Origin: an uncultured delta proteobacterium
GTDB taxonomy: Bacteria; Myxococcota; Myxococcia; Myxococcales; 40CM-4-68-19
Direction of reading: 5' to 3'
DNA length: 64,000 bases
Assembly: GCA_963792275.1 (NCBI GenBank)
Contig: CAWBVQ010000002.1
Location: 238,364 to 302,363, forward strand
Part shown: positions 9,107 through 20,760 of the stretch, piece by piece
How positions within the stretch are numbered: the first letter of the stretch is position 1
Layout: each line of letters starts with the position of its first letter
Notes under the pieces: model-generated
Seen by the model: the letters and a program-made list of their open reading frames with translations, nothing else
Database searches by the model: none
Told to the model about the DNA's origin: nothing
Made by a program: the position numbers and the translations under genes

Positions 9107-10017
9107 GCCTGCCGCCGCGGGTGCGCATCGCGCTCTTCGCGGCGGCCCTGGCGCTTCTGCTCTTGCCTCTGTGTGCCGACCGGTTCTGGGTGCAGTTCGC
9201 AGGCAAGACGATGATCTCCTGCATCTTCGCGGTCAGCCTCGATCTGCTGGTCGGATACGGCGGCATGGTGAGCCTCGCCCACGCCGCCTTCTTCGGCCTC
9301 TCCGGCTACCTGCTCGCGGGCCTCAGCAACGGCCTCGGCATCTCCAGCTTCCTGGCCACGCTGCCGCTCTGCCTCGCGGGCGTGGCCATCTCCGCGCTGG
9401 CCATCGGCTGGCTCAGCCTGCGCACCAGCGGCGCCTATTTCGTCATGGTGACGCTCGCCTTTACGGAAATGCTCTTCCACGTCTTCAACGAGGCGCCGGG
9501 GCTGGGCGGATCGGACGGGCTCTTCGTCTCGGCGCGCCCTTTCGCCGGCCGCACCGCGCCCTACTTCGCCATCTGGGTTGCGCTCGTGCGGTGTTCCTCT
9601 TGCTGCAGCGCGCGTGCAGGCGCCCTTCGGGCGCGTGCTGGTGGGGATCCGCGCGCAACGAGCCGCGGATGCGCACGCTCGGGTACGGCACCCGCCGCTA
9701 CAAGCTCGCCGCGTTCGTCATCGCCGGCGCCATCGCCGGGCTGGCCGGCTACCTGGACGCGGCCTTGTACGGGTTCGTCAACCCCGCGCGAGCTCGGGCT
9801 GGAAGCAGTCGGGGCTGGTGCTGGTCACCGTGCTGCTCGGCGGCAAGGCCACGCTCTACGGCCCCACGCTCGGAGCGCTCCTGCTCGCGCTGCTCGAGCA
9901 CTTCGCCGAGCGGGTGACCGCGTACTGGAGCGCGTTGATCGGCGCGGTCGCGGTGGCCGCGGTCGTCTCTTCTTGCCCTCGGGACTCGCCGGCCTGTTGC
10001 GGGGAAGAAGTGGCTGA
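9103..10017 (+). pseudogene. livM: branched-chain amino acid ABC transporter permease (LivM-like), about five frame changes
   Basis: Starts with an ATGA overlap. Homologous sequence hops frames 1->0->2->0->2->1 at about 9588, 9612, 9655, 9790 and 9965. Segments: PYFAIWVALV / VFLLLQR / VQAPFGRVLVGIRA / NEPRMRTLGYGTRRYKLAAFVIAGAIAGLAGYLDAALYGFVNP / WKQSGLVLVTVLLGGKATLYGPTLGALLLALLEHF / LFLPSGLAGLLRGRSG*. Confidence 0.8.
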
Positions 10018-10763
10018 GCCGCTGCTGCGGACTTCCGCGCTCACCCGCCGCTTCGGCGCCCTCGCCGCGGTGGACGGAGTCTCGCTCTCGGTAGAGCCGG
10101 GCGCCGTGCACGCGGTCATCGGCCCCAACGGCGCGGGCAAGTCCACGCTCTTGCGCCTGCTCTGCGGCGAGCTGCGCGCCACCTCCGGCAGCATCCACTT
10201 TCGCGGCGCCGACGTGACGCGCGCCCCGCCCGAGGCGCTCTCGCAGCGCGGATTGGGCCGCAGCTACCAGACCGCCAACGTGTTCGCGTCGCTCACCTGC
10301 GCCGACTGCGTCTGGCTGGCGGCGCGGTCGCGGGCACGCAGCTCCATGGTCTTCCTGCGCTCCGCTGACAAGGACGCGCAGGCCGCGTCGCGCGCGGCGG
10401 AGGCGCTTTCCGCGTGCGGGCTTTCGCAGCGAAGGCTCACCCTCGCGGGAGAGCTGAGCTACGGCGAGCAGCGGCAGCTCGAGATCGCCATGGTGCTGGC
10501 CACCGCGCCCGAGCTCTTGCTGCTCGACGAGCCGCTGGCGGGCCTCGGCCACGACGAGGGCCTCCGGATCATGGACCTGCTCCGCGAAGTGGCGCGCGAC
10601 CGTACGCTGGTGCTGGTGGAGCACGACATGGACGCGGTGTTCTCCATCGCCACCGCCGTGACCGTGATGGTGGACGGCCGCATGCTGGAGACCGGCACGC
10701 CGCAGGCCGTGCGCCAGAGCTCGCGCGGTGCGCGAGGCGTACCTGGGCGAGGAGGACGCGTGA
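10010..10763 (+). CDS. livG: branched-chain amino acid ABC transporter ATP-binding protein (LivG-like), C-terminal frameshift near 10718
   Basis: GTG 10010 overlaps the livM end. GPNGAGKSTLLRLL Walker A, LSYGEQRQLEIA signature, LLLLDEP Walker B. The conserved tail AVREAYLGEEDA* is in another frame, with TGA at 10761-10763. Confidence 0.85.
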
Positions 10764-11456
10764 CCGCGCTCCTGGAAGCGCGCGAGCTGCACACCTTCTA
10801 CGGCGCGAGCCACGTGCTCCACGGCGTCAGCTTCACCATCGGGCGCGGCGAGACCGTCACGCCTGATGGGACGCAACGGCATGGGCAAGACCACCACCAT
10901 CCGCAGCGTGCTGGGACTCACGCCTTCGCGCTCGGGCAGCGTGAGCCTGCGCGGCGCGGACGTCACCGGCTGGCCCGCGCACCGCATCGCGCGGGAAGGG
11001 GTGGCGCTGGTTCCGGAGGGCCGAGGCATCTTCGCCGCGCTGACCGTGCGCGAGAATCTGATCATGGCGGCGCGCCCCGGACGCTGGACCTTGCCGCGCG
11101 CCCTGGAGCTCTTCCCGCGGGTGGGCCAGCGACTCGAGCACCTGGGCGCGCAGCTTTCAGGTGGAGAGCAGCAGATGCTCAGCATCGCCCGCGCCCTGCT
11201 CACCAACCCCGAGCTGATCATCCTCGACGGCGCCACCGAGGGCCTCGCCCCGCTGGTCCGCCAGGAGATCTGGGCGGCGCTGCGCACGCTGCGCGCCGAA
11301 GGCATGTCGGCCCTGGTGGTGGACAAGGAGGTGCGGCGCCTCCTCGAGATCGGCGACCGCCACCTCATCCTGGTCAAGGGCCGGATCGCCTTCGAAGGGA
11401 CCACCGCCGCCTTCCGCGCGCGCTCCGAAGAAAACCTAGCCCTGCTGCGCGCTTAG
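10760..11456 (+). CDS. livF: branched-chain amino acid ABC transporter ATP-binding protein (LivF-like), frameshift near 10860
   Basis: GTGA overlap with livG. VTALLEARELHTFYGASHVLHGVSFTIGRGETVT, then in another frame LMGRNGMGKTTTIRS..LSGGEQQMLSIARAL..IILDGATEGLAP (ORF 10866..11456). Confidence 0.85.
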
Positions 11457-11535
11457 CAGCGGTTAGCAGCGGGGACACGATACGCAACCCGCCATGCCAA
11501 CCGGGTTGGCACGGTGACTTGCGTATGGTGTCCCC
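11453..11535. repeat. tandem TTAGCAGCGG x2 followed by a 65-nt imperfect palindrome
   Basis: TTAGCAGCGG at 11453-11462 and 11463-11472. GGGGACACGATACGCAA (11471-11487) pairs with TTGCGTATGGTGTCCCC (11519-11535) with one mismatch. Inner palindrome GCCAACCGGGTTGGC at 11496-11510. Lies directly after the livF stop. Confidence 0.6.
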
Positions 11536-11616
11536 CGGACGCCCGGACGACGCGCGGCTGCCGCGCGGCGGCCGCTCGTGCGCGCCCATTGCCGCCGCGC
11601 GGCCGTTGTTTTGTCA

Positions 11617-11648
11617 GATAGTCAACTCGTCCCGGGACGAGGACTATC
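11617..11648. other. GC-rich hairpin between convergent livF and the OMP gene
   Basis: GATAGTC-AA-CTCGTCCCGGGACGAG-GACTATC. No U-tract on either strand. Confidence 0.5.
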
Positions 11649-11749
11649 GGGTGCTCGCGCTCAACGACCGGGATGAGACGAGTGCGCGCAAGCGCGGCGC
11701 ACCCAGGGAGCGTCACGAACCGACTGCAAGTCCCCAACCGGGGCGCAGG

Positions 11750-12469
11750 TCAGTACTGCCACCCCAGGCGGAAGTGGAACGACGGCAGCGGGAGGCTCCC
11801 GGCGAAGTCCACCAGCGACTGCGCGTCGTCCTGCATGCTCTGCGACGATCCCGCAGGCATGGTGACGTGTTGCTCGTTGCTCAGCTTCAGCTGCACGCCC
11901 GCGTCGACGCCCAGCACGATCCCCGGGCCGAAGGTCCAGAGGTAGCCGAGGCGGGGCGTGGCGTAGACGGTGGTCAGATCGACGCTGCCGGTCTGCGGCC
12001 CCAGCGCGGTGCTCTCGGTGACGGCCGCCTTGAACGATTGCCGCCCGAAGGAGCTGCCGAGGAAGAACGCGCCGCCGAAGGGAAAGACGCGGATGTCGGC
12101 GTCGAACGCGTTGAACTGGTCGAGGCTGGCGGTGGTGGAGCCGTTCTTCGCCCCTGCCGCGGAGAGCAGCGGATCGGCCACGAAGGCGGGGAAGTCGCTG
12201 TAGGAAAAGCCCACGAAGAAGTAGTCGCCGGCGCGCAGGTACAGCTCGGCATCGAGCGGGCGCGGCAGGCTGACCAGCCCCACCATCGCGCCCACGTGGA
12301 AGAGCCGCGACGAGTCGTCCGTGCGCGCATCCAGGGGCGCCGCGGGGCGCGTGGGCATTCCGGCGACGGGCGAGGAAACATCCGCGAGCGCCGCGTCGGG
12401 CGCGCTGGCGCGGTCGCCTGCGTGGGCGGCGGCGGAGACGAGGACGGCGGCGAGGCAGAGTCGGAGCAT
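11750..12469 (-). CDS. putative outer-membrane beta-barrel protein
   Basis: Signal MLRLCLAAVLVSAAAHA. Alternating hydrophobic beta-strand pattern. C-terminal aromatic signature ...FHFRLGWQY*. Confidence 0.5.
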   Translation of the reverse strand: MLRLCLAAVLVSAAAHAGDRASAPDAALADVSSPVAGMPTRPAAPLDARTDDSSRLFHVGAMVGLVSLPRPLDAELYLRAGDYFFVGFSYSDFPAFVADPLLSAAGAKNGSTTASLDQFNAFDADIRVFPFGGAFFLGSSFGRQSFKAAVTESTALGPQTGSVDLTTVYATPRLGYLWTFGPGIVLGVDAGVQLKLSNEQHVTMPAGSSQSMQDDAQSLVDFAGSLPLPSFHFRLGWQY

Positions 12470-12536
12470 GCTGCAATCGTGCACGAGCGCCCGGCGGGGG
12501 GCGCAAGCTCCTGCTCTGCCGCGGGGTGCGCGCCGC

Positions 12537-13463
12537 TCACACCTCCACGTACGACAGCCACTCGCGCGACCGGGCGCCCTCGCCCCGCACCGCCTTCGAA
12601 TAGGCCTCCTGCAGGGCGCGGGTGACTGGAGCGCCGTGTCCCGCGCCGATGGGCCGGAAGTCGATCTCGCGCAGCCCGACCACCTCCGCCGCGGTGCCGC
12701 AGACGAAGACCTCGTCCGCCATGTAGAGCTGGTCGCGCGAGACCGGCTGCGCCGAGACCTCGTAGCCGAGGTCGCGGGCGAGCGCCATGATCGAGTCGCG
12801 GGTGATGCCTTCGAGGATGGCGCCTTCGGGAGGGGTGAGCAGCCTGCCCCGCCGCACCACGAAGATGTTCTCGCCCGTGCACTCGGCCACCAGCCCCTGC
12901 GGGTCGAGCATGATGGCCTCGTCGAAGCCCAGCCGCAGCGACTCGGTCTTGGCGAGCACCGAGTTGGGATAGTTGCCGCTCACCTTGGCCTTGGTCATGG
13001 TGGCGTTGGGATGGTGCCGGGTGAAGGAGGAGACGTTGGCGCGAACCCCCTGCTCCAGCGCTGCGGGCCCGAGATAACCCTTCCATTCCCAGACGGCGAT
13101 GCCGGTATAGGGCTTGCCTGCGTCGACGGTGAGGTTCCAGCCGCCTTCGGCGAGCCAGATGAGCGGGCGGATGTAGCACTCGGTAAAGCCGCTCGCCCGC
13201 ACCGTCTCCTTGCACGCCTCGGAGAGCTCCTCGAAGCCGAAGGGCAGCTCGCGGAATCCGAGAACGCGAGCCGACCCCAGCAGGCGCTCGATGTGCTCGC
13301 GCAGGCGGAAGATGGCGGGCCCGCGCGCGGTGCGGTAGCAGCGGATGCCCTCGAAGGCGGCCACGCCGTAGTGGAGCGCCGGCGTGAGGAAGTCGAAGCG
13401 CGCCTCCGAGGGCGCGACGAGTCTCCCGTTGAACCAGATGCGCGATTGATCTGGCGCGGTCAC
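12537..13463 (-). CDS. ilvE: branched-chain amino acid aminotransferase
   Basis: GTG 13463 (GTGA overlap with ilvC stop). [35 protein letters not shown]...[11 protein letters not shown]...GITRDSI. 308 aa. Confidence 0.9.
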   Translation of the reverse strand: MTAPDQSRIWFNGRLVAPSEARFDFLTPALHYGVAAFEGIRCYRTARGPAIFRLREHIERLLGSARVLGFRELPFGFEELSEACKETVRASGFTECYIRPLIWLAEGGWNLTVDAGKPYTGIAVWEWKGYLGPAALEQGVRANVSSFTRHHPNATMTKAKVSGNYPNSVLAKTESLRLGFDEAIMLDPQGLVAECTGENIFVVRRGRLLTPPEGAILEGITRDSIMALARDLGYEVSAQPVSRDQLYMADEVFVCGTAAEVVGLREIDFRPIGAGHGAPVTRALQEAYSKAVRGEGARSREWLSYVEV

Positions 13464-14470
13464 CGCGCCTCTCCCGCGTCCTTGCGCAGCCAGCTCATCA
13501 TCTCGCGCAGCCGGCGGCCCACTTCCTCGATGGGATGGCGGCGGCCCTCCTCGCGCAGCTTGTCGAAGACCGGCCGCCCCGCCTGGTTCTCCAGGATCCA
13601 CTCGCGGGCGAAGGCGCCGCTCTGGATCTCGCGGAGGATCTTCTTCATCTCCGCGCGCACGCTCTCGTTGATGACGCGGGGGCCGCGGCTGTAGTCGCCG
13701 TACTCGGCGGTGTCGCTGATCGAGTAGCGCATCCAGCCGAGGCCGCCTTCGTACATCATGTCGACGATGAGCTTGAGCTCGTGCAGGCACTCGAAGTACG
13801 CGCTCTCCGGCTGGTAGCCGGCCTCCACCAGCGTCTCGAAGCCGGTGAGCACGAGCCCGGTGATCCCGCCGCAGAGCACGGTCTGCTCCCCGAAGAGGTC
13901 GGTCTCCGTTTCCTCGCGGAAGGTGGTCTCCAGCACGGCGGCGCGGGTGGCGCCGAGCGCGCGCGCGTACGAGAGCCCGAGCGCCTTGGCCTGGCCGCTG
14001 GCGTCGTGGTGCACGGCGATGAGCGCCGGCGTGCCCTGCCCCGACTGGTAGAGCCTGCGCACCATGTGGCCCGGCGCCTTGGGCGCGATCAGGATCACGT
14101 CCACCTCGGGCGGCGGCTTGATCTGCCCGTAGTGGATGTTGAAGCCGTGGGCGAAGAAGAGCGCCTTGCCCCGGCCCAACTGCGGCGCGATCTCCTCGTC
14201 GTAGATGCGCTTCTGCTTCTCGTCCGGCGCGAGGATCATGACCAGGTCGGCCTCGCGCGCGGCGTCGGCGACGGAGAGCACCTTGAGCCCCGCCGCCTGC
14301 GCCCTGGCGCGCGACTTGCTGCCCTCCGGCAGCCCGACGCGGACGTCCACGCCCGACTCCTTGAGGTTGAGGGCGTGCGCATGCCCCTGGCTGCCGTAGC
14401 CGATCACCGCCACCTTCCGGCTGCGCACCGGGTCGAGCGAGGCGTCCTTGTCGTAGTAGATGCTGGCCAT
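13460..14470 (-). CDS. ilvC: ketol-acid reductoisomerase
   Basis: [33 protein letters not shown]..; class I KARI. Confidence 0.95.
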   Translation of the reverse strand: MASIYYDKDASLDPVRSRKVAVIGYGSQGHAHALNLKESGVDVRVGLPEGSKSRARAQAAGLKVLSVADAAREADLVMILAPDEKQKRIYDEEIAPQLGRGKALFFAHGFNIHYGQIKPPPEVDVILIAPKAPGHMVRRLYQSGQGTPALIAVHHDASGQAKALGLSYARALGATRAAVLETTFREETETDLFGEQTVLCGGITGLVLTGFETLVEAGYQPESAYFECLHELKLIVDMMYEGGLGWMRYSISDTAEYGDYSRGPRVINESVRAEMKKILREIQSGAFAREWILENQAGRPVFDKLREEGRRHPIEEVGRRLREMMSWLRKDAGEAR

Positions 14471-14474
14471 CGAT

Positions 14475-16163
14475 TTACTCCTTGTGAGGAACACGGGTGA
14501 CCGCGCCTTGCGACGCGGAAGAGACGAGCGCTGCGTACTTGGCGAACACTCCTGTGGGATAGCGGGACTTGGGGGGCTTCCAGCCGCGCAGCCGCGAATC
14601 CAGCTCGCCTGAGGGAAGCTCCACGTCCAGCCGCCGGGCGGCGATGTCGATGACGATGGAGTCGCCGTCGCGCAGCGCCGCGACGGGGCCGCCCACCGCC
14701 GCCTCCGGCGCCACGTGACCCACCATCAATCCGCGAGTGGCGCCGCTGAAGCGCCCGTCGGTGAGCAGCGCCACGGATTCTCCCAGGCCCTGCCCCACCA
14801 GGGCGGCGGTGACGCCGAGCATCTCGCGCATGCCGGGGCCACCGCGCGGGCCTTCGTAGCGGATGGCCACCACGTCGCCTGCGCGGATGCGGCCGTCGCG
14901 GACCGCGGCGAAGGCGTCCTCCTCGCGCTCGAACACGCGGGCGGGGCCACGATGGAAGGGCCGTTCATGACCCGCCATCTTCACCACGCAGCCTTCGGGA
15001 GCGAGATTGCCCCGGAGGATGACGAGACCGCCGGTGGCCTGGATGGGCTCGCGGACGGAGCGGACCACGATCTGCCCCGGCGCCTCCTTCGCTTCCGCTG
15101 CGTGCTGTCGCCACGTCTGGCCGTCGGCCGTGCGCGCGTCGCCGGCCAGGAATCCCGCCTCGAGCAGCCTTTGGGCGACGAGAGGAACGCCGCCGGCGCG
15201 GTCCAGATCCACCGCGGTGAAGCGCCCGCCGGGCTTGAGATCGGCGATGAGCGGCGTGCGCCGGCTGACGCGGTCGAAGTCGTCCATCGCCAGCGACACG
15301 CCCGCTTCGCGCGCGATGGCGAGGAGATGAAGCACGGCGTTGGTGGATCCTCCGGTCGCCGCCACCGCCGCGATGGCGTTCTCGAACGAGGCGCGTTCGA
15401 CCACGTCGCTGGGCTTGCGCCCCTCGCGCAAGAGTCGCACCACGGTGGCGCCGGCGGCGCGCGTGGCCTCGTCCTTGCGCGCGTCTTCCGCGGGGATGCT
15501 GCCGTACCCCACCGGCGAGAGCCCGAGGATCTCCATGGCCATCGCCATGGTGTTGGCGGTGTACTGTCCGCCGCAGGCGCCGCTGCCCGGGCAGGCCACG
15601 TCCTCCAGCTCATGCAGCCGCGCGATGGGCAACCGCCCGGCCGCGTGCGCGCCCACCGCCTCGAAGACGTCCTGGATGGTGACGTCGCGTCCCTCGAACC
15701 TGCCGGGAGCGATGGAGCCGCCGTAGAGGAGGAGCGCAGGCACGTCGAGGCGCAAGAGAGCCATCGCGGCGGCGGGAATGGTCTTGTCGCACCCGACCAG
15801 CGCCACCATCGCGTCGAAGAGGTGGCCGCGGCCCACCAGCTCGATGGAGTCGGCGATGACCTCGCGGCTGACCAGCGACGCCTTCATGCCCTCGGTGCCC
15901 ATGGTGACGCCGTCGCTGATGGCGATGGTGTTGAACTCCATGGGGGTCGCGCCGGCTGCACGGATGCCCTCCTTCACCCGCTCCGCCAGGCGGCGGAGGT
16001 GGAAGTTGCAGGGCATGGTCTCGGTCCAGGTGTTGGCCACTCCGACCAGCGGACGCGAGAGGTCCTCGTCGGTGAAGCCCATGCCCTTGAGCATGGCGCG
16101 GGCCGGCGCCCGGTCGGGTCCTTCGGTGATGGCGCGGCTCCTCGACCTTGGATCGTGCTGCAT
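14475..16163 (-). CDS. ilvD: dihydroxy-acid dehydratase
   Basis: [41 protein letters not shown]..; the N-terminal 133 aa of ORF 14475..16562 is shadow over leuB. Confidence 0.95.
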   Translation of the reverse strand: MQHDPRSRSRAITEGPDRAPARAMLKGMGFTDEDLSRPLVGVANTWTETMPCNFHLRRLAERVKEGIRAAGATPMEFNTIAISDGVTMGTEGMKASLVSREVIADSIELVGRGHLFDAMVALVGCDKTIPAAAMALLRLDVPALLLYGGSIAPGRFEGRDVTIQDVFEAVGAHAAGRLPIARLHELEDVACPGSGACGGQYTANTMAMAMEILGLSPVGYGSIPAEDARKDEATRAAGATVVRLLREGRKPSDVVERASFENAIAAVAATGGSTNAVLHLLAIAREAGVSLAMDDFDRVSRRTPLIADLKPGGRFTAVDLDRAGGVPLVAQRLLEAGFLAGDARTADGQTWRQHAAEAKEAPGQIVVRSVREPIQATGGLVILRGNLAPEGCVVKMAGHERPFHRGPARVFEREEDAFAAVRDGRIRAGDVVAIRYEGPRGGPGMREMLGVTAALVGQGLGESVALLTDGRFSGATRGLMVGHVAPEAAVGGPVAALRDGDSIVIDIAARRLDVELPSGELDSRLRGWKPPKSRYPTGVFAKYAALVSSASQGAVTRVPHKE

Positions 16164-17203
16164 CAGCGTGCCTCCTCGAGGGCGCGAAGGACCGCGTCTC
16201 CCGCCTGGGCGGTGGTGGCGGCGCCGCCCAGATCGCGGGTGAGCGCGCCCGCGGTGAGCGCGGCGGAAATGGCGGCCTCCACGGCGGCCGCTTCCTTCTC
16301 CTGCCGCAGCGAATGGCGCAACAAGAGCGCCACGCTGGCGATGGCGCCGTAGGGATTGGCGGCCCCGGTGCCGGCGATGTCGGGGGCGGCGCCGTGCACC
16401 GGCTCGTAGAGTCCCGGGCCGCTCTCGCCCAACGAGGCCGAGGGCAGCATGCCGATGGAACCGCCCAGCACGGCGGCGAGGTCGGTGAGGATGTCGCCGA
16501 AGAGGTTCTCGGTGACGATCACGTCGTACGAGGCGGGATGCTGCACCAGCCGCAGCGCGCACGAGTCGACGAGCTGGTGGTCGAGCGCGAGGTCAGGGAA
16601 GTCCTGCGCCACCACGCGCGCCGTGACCTCGCGCCACAGCCGCGACGTCTCCAGCACGTTGGCCTTGTCCACCGAGCTGAGCCGCTTGAGCCGGCCGCGT
16701 GCGAGCCGGGCGGCCACCCGCACCACGCGCTCGATCTCCGCCGTCGTGTAGGCGCAGACGTCCTCGGCCCGGTCTTCGCCGCGGCGCTTCTTGCCGAAGT
16801 AGATGCCAGAGGTGAGCTCGCGCACGACCAGCACGTCCACCCCGCGCAGCACCGACTCCTTGAGCGGCGAGGCGGCGGCGAGCCGCGGGTGCATGGACAC
16901 CGGCCGCAGGTTCGCGAAGACGCCCAGCTCCTGCCGCAGCCGCAAGAGCCCCTGCTCGGGCCGCACCTTCGCTTCCGGTCCCCAGCGCGGGCCTCCCACC
17001 GCGCCCAGCAGCACCGCGTCGGAGCCGCGACAGGCGAGGAGCGTCTCCTCGGGAAGCGGCGTTCCGGTGCGATCGATGGCGATGCCGCCGACGAGCGCTT
17101 CGCGCAGCTCGAAATCGCCCACCGCCTGCAGCACCCGGACCGCCTGCCCGATCACCTCCGGGCCCACGCCGTCGCCGGGCAAGACCGCGATCAGCTTGCG
17201 CAT
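16163..17203 (-). CDS. leuB: 3-isopropylmalate dehydrogenase
   Basis: [17 protein letters not shown]...[12 protein letters not shown]... Confidence 0.95.
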   Translation of the reverse strand: MRKLIAVLPGDGVGPEVIGQAVRVLQAVGDFELREALVGGIAIDRTGTPLPEETLLACRGSDAVLLGAVGGPRWGPEAKVRPEQGLLRLRQELGVFANLRPVSMHPRLAAASPLKESVLRGVDVLVVRELTSGIYFGKKRRGEDRAEDVCAYTTAEIERVVRVAARLARGRLKRLSSVDKANVLETSRLWREVTARVVAQDFPDLALDHQLVDSCALRLVQHPASYDVIVTENLFGDILTDLAAVLGGSIGMLPSASLGESGPGLYEPVHGAAPDIAGTGAANPYGAIASVALLLRHSLRQEKEAAAVEAAISAALTAGALTRDLGGAATTAQAGDAVLRALEEAR

Positions 17204-17778
17204 GCAGCCTCCGCCTCGTAGCGCGCGATCTCGCTTTCCTTCTGGAGGAGGAAGCCCAGCTCGTCCACGCCGTCGAGCAGGCAGCGCCGCGAGAACGGGT
17301 CGACGGCAAAGGAGACCCGCGCCTCGTCGAAGGCCAGCGTGCAGGATTCGAGGTCGATGCTCACGCCGATTCCCGGCGACCCGAGCAGCACCTCGGCCAC
17401 GCAGCCGTCCACCACCACCGGCAAGAGGCCGTTCTTGAGCGCGTTGGCGCGGAAGATGTCGGCGATGGACGAGCTGATCACCGCGCGGAAGCCGTAGTCG
17501 AGCAAGGCCCAGGGCGCGTGCTCGCGCGAGGAGCCGCAGCCGAAGTTCGCCCCCGCCACCAGCACCTGCGCCGAGCGCGCCTCCGGGTGCGAGAGGGGAA
17601 ACTCCGCGCGCGGATGCCCCTCCGCGTCGTAGCGCCAGCCGGCGAAGAGATGGCGGCCCAGGCCCTGCCGGGTGGTGCCCTTGAGGAAACGGGCAGGGAT
17701 GATCTGGTCGGTGTCGATGTCCGCGCGGGCGATGACCACCGTGTGCGACTCCAGGCGGCGGAAGGGTTGCAGGCTCAT
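17191..17778 (-). CDS. leuD: 3-isopropylmalate dehydratase small subunit
   Basis: [50 protein letters not shown]; ATGA overlap with leuC. Confidence 0.95.
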   Translation of the reverse strand: MSLQPFRRLESHTVVIARADIDTDQIIPARFLKGTTRQGLGRHLFAGWRYDAEGHPRAEFPLSHPEARSAQVLVAGANFGCGSSREHAPWALLDYGFRAVISSSIADIFRANALKNGLLPVVVDGCVAEVLLGSPGIGVSIDLESCTLAFDEARVSFAVDPFSRRCLLDGVDELGFLLQKESEIARYEAEAACAS

Positions 17779-19205
17779 CGCGACAGCTCCCGCGGATCGG
17801 CCAGGGCGCCCACGACCGCTGCTGCGGCGGCGGTGGCCGGGCTGGCGAGGAAGGTGCGGCCGCCGGGGCCCTGGCGGCCTTCGAAGTTGCGGTTGCTGGT
17901 GCTGACCGCCGACTGTCCGGGCTCCAGCTGGTCGCCGTTCATGGCGATGCACATGGAGCAGCCCGGCTCGCGCCACTCCGCGCCGGCCTCGACGAAGACG
18001 CGGTCGAGCCCTTCCGCCTCCGCGGCCTTCTTCACCTGCCGCGATCCGGGCACCACCAGCGCGCGCACTCCCTTCGCCACCTTCCTGCCGCGCAGGACGT
18101 CGGCGGCGTCGCGCAGATCCTCGATGCGCGAGTTGGTGCAGCTGCCGATGAAGACGACGTCGATGCGGTGGCCGAGCAGCGGCTCTCCGGGGCGCAGGCC
18201 CATGTAGCGCAGCGCCCGATCCAGCGCGCCGCGCTGCGCGGTGTCGGACAGCGAGGCAGGGTCCGGGACCAACCCCCGCACCGGAGCGGACATGCCGGGG
18301 TTGGTGCCGAAGGTGATGGTGGGAGAGAGCTCGCTCGCGTCGAGCGAGACGGTCCGGTCGTAAGCGGCGCCCGGGTCGGTGCGCAGCGAAGACCAGGCTG
18401 AGAGCGCCCGGTCCCAGGCCTCGCCCGTGGGGACGCGGGGCCGCCCGGCAAGGTACTTCCAGGTCACCTCGTCCGGCGCGATCAGGCCGGCCCGCGCGCC
18501 CGCCTCGATCGCCATGTTGCAGACCGTCATCCGCCCTTCCATGGAAAGGCCGCGCACTGCGGCGCCGGTGAACTCGATGACGTGGCCCGAGCCTCCCGAA
18601 ACGCCCAGGCGCGCGATGATCGACAGCGCCAGATCCTTGGCCGCCACTCCGGGACGAAGGCTTCCCTCCACCCGCACCTCCAGCGTGCGCGGCCGGCGCT
18701 GCAAGAGGCATTGCGTCGCGAGCACGTGCGCCACCTCGCTGGTGCCGATGCCGAAGGCGAAGGCGCCGAAGGCCCCGTGCGTGCTGGTGTGGCTGTCGCC
18801 GCAGACCACGGTCATGCCGGGCTGGGTGAGGCCCATCTCGGGCCCGATGACGTGGACGATGCCCTGCCCTTCGCTGCCCAGCCGGTGCAGCTCGATGCCC
18901 TGCTCCAGGCAATTCGCTTCCAGCTCCGCCAGCTGCGCGGCGCATTCGCGGTCGGTCACCACGAAGGGGCCCTTTTCGGGGCGGGGCGTGGTTGGCGTGG
19001 AGTGGTCCATGGTCGCCACCGTGCGCCCCGGCCGCCGGACGCGCAGGCCGCGCTCGCGCAGCACCGCGAACGCCTGCGGCGAGGTGACCTCGTGCAGGAG
19101 GTGGAGGTCGACGTAGAGCACCGCGGGCGTCTCCTCCGTCTCCGGCGAGACGAGGTGCGCGTCCCAGATCTTCCGGAACAGCGTCCGCGGCTCAGACTGC
19201 GCCAC
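17775..19205 (-). CDS. leuC: 3-isopropylmalate dehydratase large subunit
   Basis: [55 protein letters not shown]. Confidence 0.95.
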   Translation of the reverse strand: MAQSEPRTLFRKIWDAHLVSPETEETPAVLYVDLHLLHEVTSPQAFAVLRERGLRVRRPGRTVATMDHSTPTTPRPEKGPFVVTDRECAAQLAELEANCLEQGIELHRLGSEGQGIVHVIGPEMGLTQPGMTVVCGDSHTSTHGAFGAFAFGIGTSEVAHVLATQCLLQRRPRTLEVRVEGSLRPGVAAKDLALSIIARLGVSGGSGHVIEFTGAAVRGLSMEGRMTVCNMAIEAGARAGLIAPDEVTWKYLAGRPRVPTGEAWDRALSAWSSLRTDPGAAYDRTVSLDASELSPTITFGTNPGMSAPVRGLVPDPASLSDTAQRGALDRALRYMGLRPGEPLLGHRIDVVFIGSCTNSRIEDLRDAADVLRGRKVAKGVRALVVPGSRQVKKAAEAEGLDRVFVEAGAEWREPGCSMCIAMNGDQLEPGQSAVSTSNRNFEGRQGPGGRTFLASPATAAAAAVVGALADPRELSR

Positions 19206-20760
19206 AGATCACCTCGGGCGCGGCGGCCCCCGAGCGCTGCAGGCGGCCGGCGGTGATGCGGTTGACCACCTCCAGGTACGCCTCGGCGCTGGCGAGCACG
19301 ATGTCGGTGTTGAGGCCGCGGCCGCGGTAGGTGCGGCCCTCGTACTCCACCACCACCGAGACCTCGCCCTGCGCGTCCTCGCCGGCGCTCACGCTCGCCA
19401 CCTGGAAGTCGCGCAGCCGCACCTTCACGCCGGTGATCCGCTCGATGCACTTGAACACCGCGTCCACCGGGCCATCGCCGGTGGCGGCCTCGTCCACCTT
19501 GCGCCCGTCGCGCCGGAGCAGCGACACGGCGGCGCTGGGCGGCGTGCCGGTGCCGCTCACCGCGCTCAGGCTGACCAGTTGCCAGCGGCCGGCGCCGCCG
19601 TTCTGGAACAGGCCCACCAGGAGCGCGTCGAGGTCGCCGTCGTAGATCTCCTTCTTCTTGTCGGCCAGCTTCTTCAGCTCCTCGAAGACGCGGTCCACCT
19701 GCCCCGGCTCGAGATCGTGGCCCATCTCGCGCAGCCGGGTGGCGAGCGCGTGGCGGCCGCTGTGCTTGCCGAGCACCAGGCTGGTGCTCTTGAAGCCCAC
19801 GTCCTCGGGCCGCATCACCTCGTAGGTCTCGGCGTTCTGCAGCATGCCGTGCTGGTGGATGCCCGACTCGTGGGCGAAGGCGTTCTGGCCCACCACCGCC
19901 TTGTTGCGCGCGACCTGGAAGCCGGTGGCTCCGGCCACCACGCGGCTTGCGGCATGGAGGTTCTGGGTGCGGATGTTGGTGTGCAGGCGCAGGTAGTCGG
20001 CGCGCGTGCGGATGGCCATCACCACCTCCTCCAGCGAGCAGTTGCCCGCGCGCTCGCCGACGCCGTTGACGGTGCACTCCACCTGGCGCGCGCCGGCCTG
20101 CAGCGCGGCGAGGCTGTTGGCCACCGCGAGGCCCAGGTCGTCGTGGCAATGGATGCTGAGCACGGCGTTCTCGATGCCGCGCACGTGCGCCCTGAGGTGC
20201 TCGATGAGCCCGCCGAACTGCGCCGGCACGGCATAGCCCACGGTGTCGGGAATGTTGATGGTGCTGGCCCCTGCCTCGATGGCCTTCTCCACCACCTCGG
20301 CGAGGAAGTCGGGCTCGGTCCGCGCCGCGTCCTCCGCCGAGAACTCCACGTCCGCGCAGCGCTCGCGGGCGTACTCGATGGCGCCGGTGGCCACCCGCAC
20401 CACGTCCGCCGGCGACATGTGCAGCTTGTGCTGCCGGTGGATGGGGCTGGTGGCGAGGAACACGTGCACGCGCTTGCGCGGCGCGGGCTCCAGCGCCTTG
20501 AGCACGGCATCGATGTCCGGCCGGCTGGCGCGGGCCAGCGCGCAGATCACCGGGCCCTGCACCTGCCGCGCCACCGCCTCCACCGCGGCGAAGTCTCCGG
20601 GAGAGGCGACGGGAAAGCCCACCTCCATGATGTCCACGCCGAGAGAGGCGAGGGCCCTCGCCACCTGCAGCTTGGGGGCGAGGTTCATGCTCGCGCCGGG
20701 CGCCTGCTCGCCGTCGCGGAGGGTCGTGTCGAAGACGAGAACGCGATCGGTCTGGCTCAT
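19192..20760 (-). CDS. leuA: 2-isopropylmalate synthase
   Basis: [36 protein letters not shown]..; C-terminal LeuA regulatory domain present. Confidence 0.95.
   Translation of the reverse strand: MSQTDRVLVFDTTLRDGEQAPGASMNLAPKLQVARALASLGVDIMEVGFPVASPGDFAAVEAVARQVQGPVICALARASRPDIDAVLKALEPAPRKRVHVFLATSPIHRQHKLHMSPADVVRVATGAIEYARERCADVEFSAEDAARTEPDFLAEVVEKAIEAGASTINIPDTVGYAVPAQFGGLIEHLRAHVRGIENAVLSIHCHDDLGLAVANSLAALQAGARQVECTVNGVGERAGNCSLEEVVMAIRTRADYLRLHTNIRTQNLHAASRVVAGATGFQVARNKAVVGQNAFAHESGIHQHGMLQNAETYEVMRPEDVGFKSTSLVLGKHSGRHALATRLREMGHDLEPGQVDRVFEELKKLADKKKEIYDGDLDALLVGLFQNGGAGRWQLVSLSAVSGTGTPPSAAVSLLRRDGRKVDEAATGDGPVDAVFKCIERITGVKVRLRDFQVASVSAGEDAQGEVSVVVEYEGRTYRGRGLNTDIVLASAEAYLEVVNRITAGRLQRSGAAAPEVICGAV

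Noticed and set aside
9749-11404. 551-aa minus-strand ORF across livM, livG and livF.
   Set aside because: It is antisense to clear ABC transporter motifs (Walker A/B and signature) and is low-complexity Arg/Ala/Ser-rich.
14715-16352. 545-aa plus-strand ORF within ilvD. Similar long plus-strand ORFs lie at 13535..14500, 16148..17221, 19579..21081 and 21494..23632 over the ilv-leu genes.
   Set aside because: All are antisense or out of frame to highly conserved biosynthetic enzymes. Their composition is dominated by Arg, Gly, Ala and His.
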